Positions 61,518 through 64,000 of a DNA stretch of 64,000 nt are shown here, in pieces. The stretch lies in contig CAWEYG010000003.1 in NCBI GenBank assembly GCA_963813155.1, positions 896,001 to 960,000 on the forward strand. Reading direction: 5' to 3'. The position numbers and the translations under genes were made by a program. Origin of the DNA: an uncultured Acidobacteriota bacterium. Lineage in GTDB: Bacteria; Acidobacteriota; Thermoanaerobaculia; UBA5066; DATFVB01. The notes under the pieces were generated by a model that had not been told where the DNA came from, made no database searches, and saw nothing but the letters and a program-made list of their open reading frames with translations. Position 1 is the stretch's first letter. Each line of letters starts with the position of its first letter.

Positions 61518-63456
61518 CTACTGGTGCCAGCGCAGGAAAATGCCGTAGCGGTTCGCGTCGTACGAACCGAGGCCGTTCTCCGCGGCCAGGGACTCCCGGT
61601 ACTTGTCCCGTCGCCACTCGGCGATGAACGACGCATTCTTCGTCACGTCGACCGAGGCGCGGATGCTCGCGCGGTCGATCTTGAACGGGAACGAACCGTC
61701 GTTCTCGGAACTGTCCGTACGCGCCGTCGATCGAGACGGGAGATAGCAGGAGCGAGAGGCCGCCCTCGAGGGAACGGCCGTCTTCCTTGTGAATCGAGCG
61801 GTCCGGGGCGAGGGTCTGAGGAACGACGAACAGGATCTTGCTGTCTGCCTGATATTTCTCGGCGGAAAGGTGCAGGCGAATGAACTTTGGCCGGCCACCC
61901 CTCGACGGTCCCCCCGTACTGGCGGATCCGGCCGTCGTAGCCGATCCCCGTCCTGTCGTTCGAGGCGTCGATCTGCTCGGCGGTCGCGCTCAGCTGGAAG
62001 ACCTGCTTCAGGCTCCACGCCGCGCGAAGGCGATACCGATCGCGGTCGAGGAAGTCCGTTCGAAGGACGGGTTCGTCGGCGCGCTCGCGGCGGTAATCGG
62101 CTCCGAGCGTCACGCCGCTCTGCGAAAAGGTCGCCCCGGCGTCGAGTGTCTTGATCTTTCGATGAAACGTCCCGCCCTGTCCGCCGGGAAGGACGATTTC
62201 CGACGGGTCTTCGTCGACGGTGACGTCCTGATTCGTCTGCGACCATCCGGCCCGCACCGCGAAGGGTCCGAATCGGCGAGCCTCGATCCTCGCGTCGAAC
62301 ACCTCGTCGGTCCGTTCGATCGCGGTGTCGGCCTGCAGGACCGAGAGAAGATTCTTCGGGTCCACGCCGCCGAACGTCACCGAGTCGAGATACAGGCTGG
62401 AGACGAGCGCGAAGCCGTCGAGCTCGGTGTGGTTCTTCGAGTAGCCGGCGATGAAGTCGATCCCTTCGGCGAGGTTCGCCTCGACCCGGCCGCTTCCCCG
62501 CCACATCGTGTTGCGGGCGCGGGCGGACGTCGTGTCGGAGAGGCCGCCGAAGAACCGGCTGATCTCGAACGACACGAGGTTTCCGGAGAGATCTTCCGCG
62601 GACGACGTGTCGGCCTCCGCCGCGGCATGGATGTACGAGCCGACGAGCTTGATTCGATCGCCGAGCCTTCCGGTTACGTACGCGCTCGTCACCGGCGTGT
62701 TCGCGTCGTCTTTCGTCGTTCGGTTGAAATCGTTCAGGGAAACGGGCACCCCGAGGACCGTTCCCGGGTCGTTGCCGTTCCCGGCCCCCGCCACGAGACC
62801 CTGGGTCTCGACTTCGTGGAGCTTCCTCCAGCCCTGGATGACCTGCCCCGAGATCGGCCCGGCGTCGAACGCCGCGCCGACCCGGAATTCCTCGTCCCGG
62901 TCGTCGAGCCGGTCGGTGAGACGGAACTCGTCCTCCCCGACATGGTAAGTGTTTCGGCCCGGCCCCTCGTCGCGGTTCCGCGTGTATCCGAGGATCGGCG
63001 TGATCACGGCGCCGGGGAACAGCCTCAACTCGACGTCGAGAACGTTGCGAGTCCGGCTGTACGTCTGTTCGCCCGGCACGATCCCGTCGCCGAGAAGCGG
63101 ATTCGCGAAACCGGGAAGAGCGCTGTAGAGCTCCGTTCGCCGATAGCTCAGTTGAAGGTCGTACTTGCCCGAGAGGCCCGAGCGGACGTTCAGCGACCCG
63201 GCCGGACCCGCGCCGAGGTCGCTCGCGTCGACGCGGAACGTGTCGAAGAATGAGGTCGGTCCGGGTGCGGTCACCAGGAAGGACCGCAGAAGGAATCCTT
63301 CTCGCTCGTTGATCTGGCTGCGGTACATCTGCTCGTTGCCGGAGACGTCGACGAAGCGGTATCCCATCTCGAGGTCGAGAGGAAGGGCCTGCGCGGAGAC
63401 AAAGCGTCCCGCGCGACCGCGACAGCGGCGGCGAAGAGGCGGCGGGCGTTCTTCAT
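61518..63456 (-). CDS. Outer-membrane beta-barrel, MtrB/PioB-like partner of the decaheme cytochrome (several frameshifts)
   Basis: Signal peptide; GYRFVDVSGNEQMYRSQIN..GF N-terminus; alternating beta-strands; lies directly downstream of the DmsE-type gene. Confidence 0.65.
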
Positions 63457-63466
63457 CTGTTCTCTC

Positions 63467-64000
63467 TCACTTCAGGAGCGTCGGCGACCGGTTCGAGCCG
63501 TGGATCGCCGTGTGGCAGGTCGTGCAGTTCTGGTATCGCGGCAGCAGGAGGTTGTGAAACGACGGCGGCTGCGATCCCAGCGTCGTCGCCGTCAGATTCG
63601 AGTGGCACTCGAGGCAGAGCTGGTCGACCCGGGCGCGGATCAGCTGCCGCGGGTTCGACGAGCCGTGCGGCTGATGACAGCTCATGCAGTCTCCGGCCAC
63701 GCCCGAGACGTGCTCGAAGACGAACGGTCCGCGTTTCTCCGCATGGCAGGACACGCACGGCAACTCGTCCGCCCGGGTGCGGCGGAGCGCCGACTCGCCG
63801 CGCTTTCCGTGCGGGTCGTGGCAGGAAGCGCAGTTCATTCCTCCCTCGAGGCGATGCGCGAACGGCTTGTCGCGGAACGACGCGGCCTGGCCCGGATGGC
63901 AGGAGGCGCAGAGAACGACCGATTCCTTCTTGAGAAGAGAGGCCGCCTTCGGTTCCGACGCGTGCAGGGAATGGCAGCTCAGGCAATTGACCGCCGCGGA
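63467..64000 (-). CDS. DmsE/MtrA/MtoA-type multiheme cytochrome (5' truncated; 7 CxxCH visible)
   Basis: Frame open from the window edge: CLSCH, CASCH, CASCHDPHG, CVSCHAEKRGPFVFEH, CMSCHQPHGS, CLECH, CTTCH.AIHGSN. Confidence 0.88.
   Translation of the reverse strand, partial: SAAVNCLSCHSLHASEPKAASLLKKESVVLCASCHPGQAASFRDKPFAHRLEGGMNCASCHDPHGKRGESALRRTRADELPCVSCHAEKRGPFVFEHVSGVAGDCMSCHQPHGSSNPRQLIRARVDQLCLECHSNLTATTLGSQPPSFHNLLLPRYQNCTTCHTAIHGSNRSPTLLK

Overview
High-GC bacterial DNA. The gene repertoire suggests Acidobacteriota, possibly Thermoanaerobaculia; this is inference only. Bases 1-39.5 kb are mostly housekeeping and metabolic genes: a sulfatase-TPR protein, a large NfnB/NfnA-like flavin-FeS fusion, efp, a GDSL lipase with FadL, Ser/Thr kinases, a DAK2-DegV fusion, gcvT-H-PA-PB, an M1 peptidase, selD with an in-frame selenocysteine UGA, an ABC exporter and fpg. 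From about 39.6 kb to the end lies a redox/metal island. Its core is a minus-strand operon encoding a blue-copper protein, a Cyc2-like outer-membrane cytochrome-porin, an NAD(P)/FAD/FeS oxidoreductase, a Rieske protein, a split cytochrome b, an octaheme cytochrome and a monoheme lipoprotein cytochrome. Around it are VIT1, a non-canonical radical SAM gene, two Cys-motif PAS-LuxR regulators, USP/CBS/BON stress genes and an MtrA/MtrB-like plus NapC/CymA-like plus monoheme cluster. A recurring 16-bp 7-2-7 palindrome (TGATGCR-NN-YGCATCA) lies a fixed 22-23 nt upstream of -10-like hexamers across the island and in front of the Nfn-like gene. The best candidate for an undescribed system is a co-regulated extracellular electron-uptake (possibly Fe(II)-oxidation) module wired to NAD(P) through an anammox-style Rieske/cyt b complex. 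Many genes carry single-base frameshifts that are probably assembly errors.
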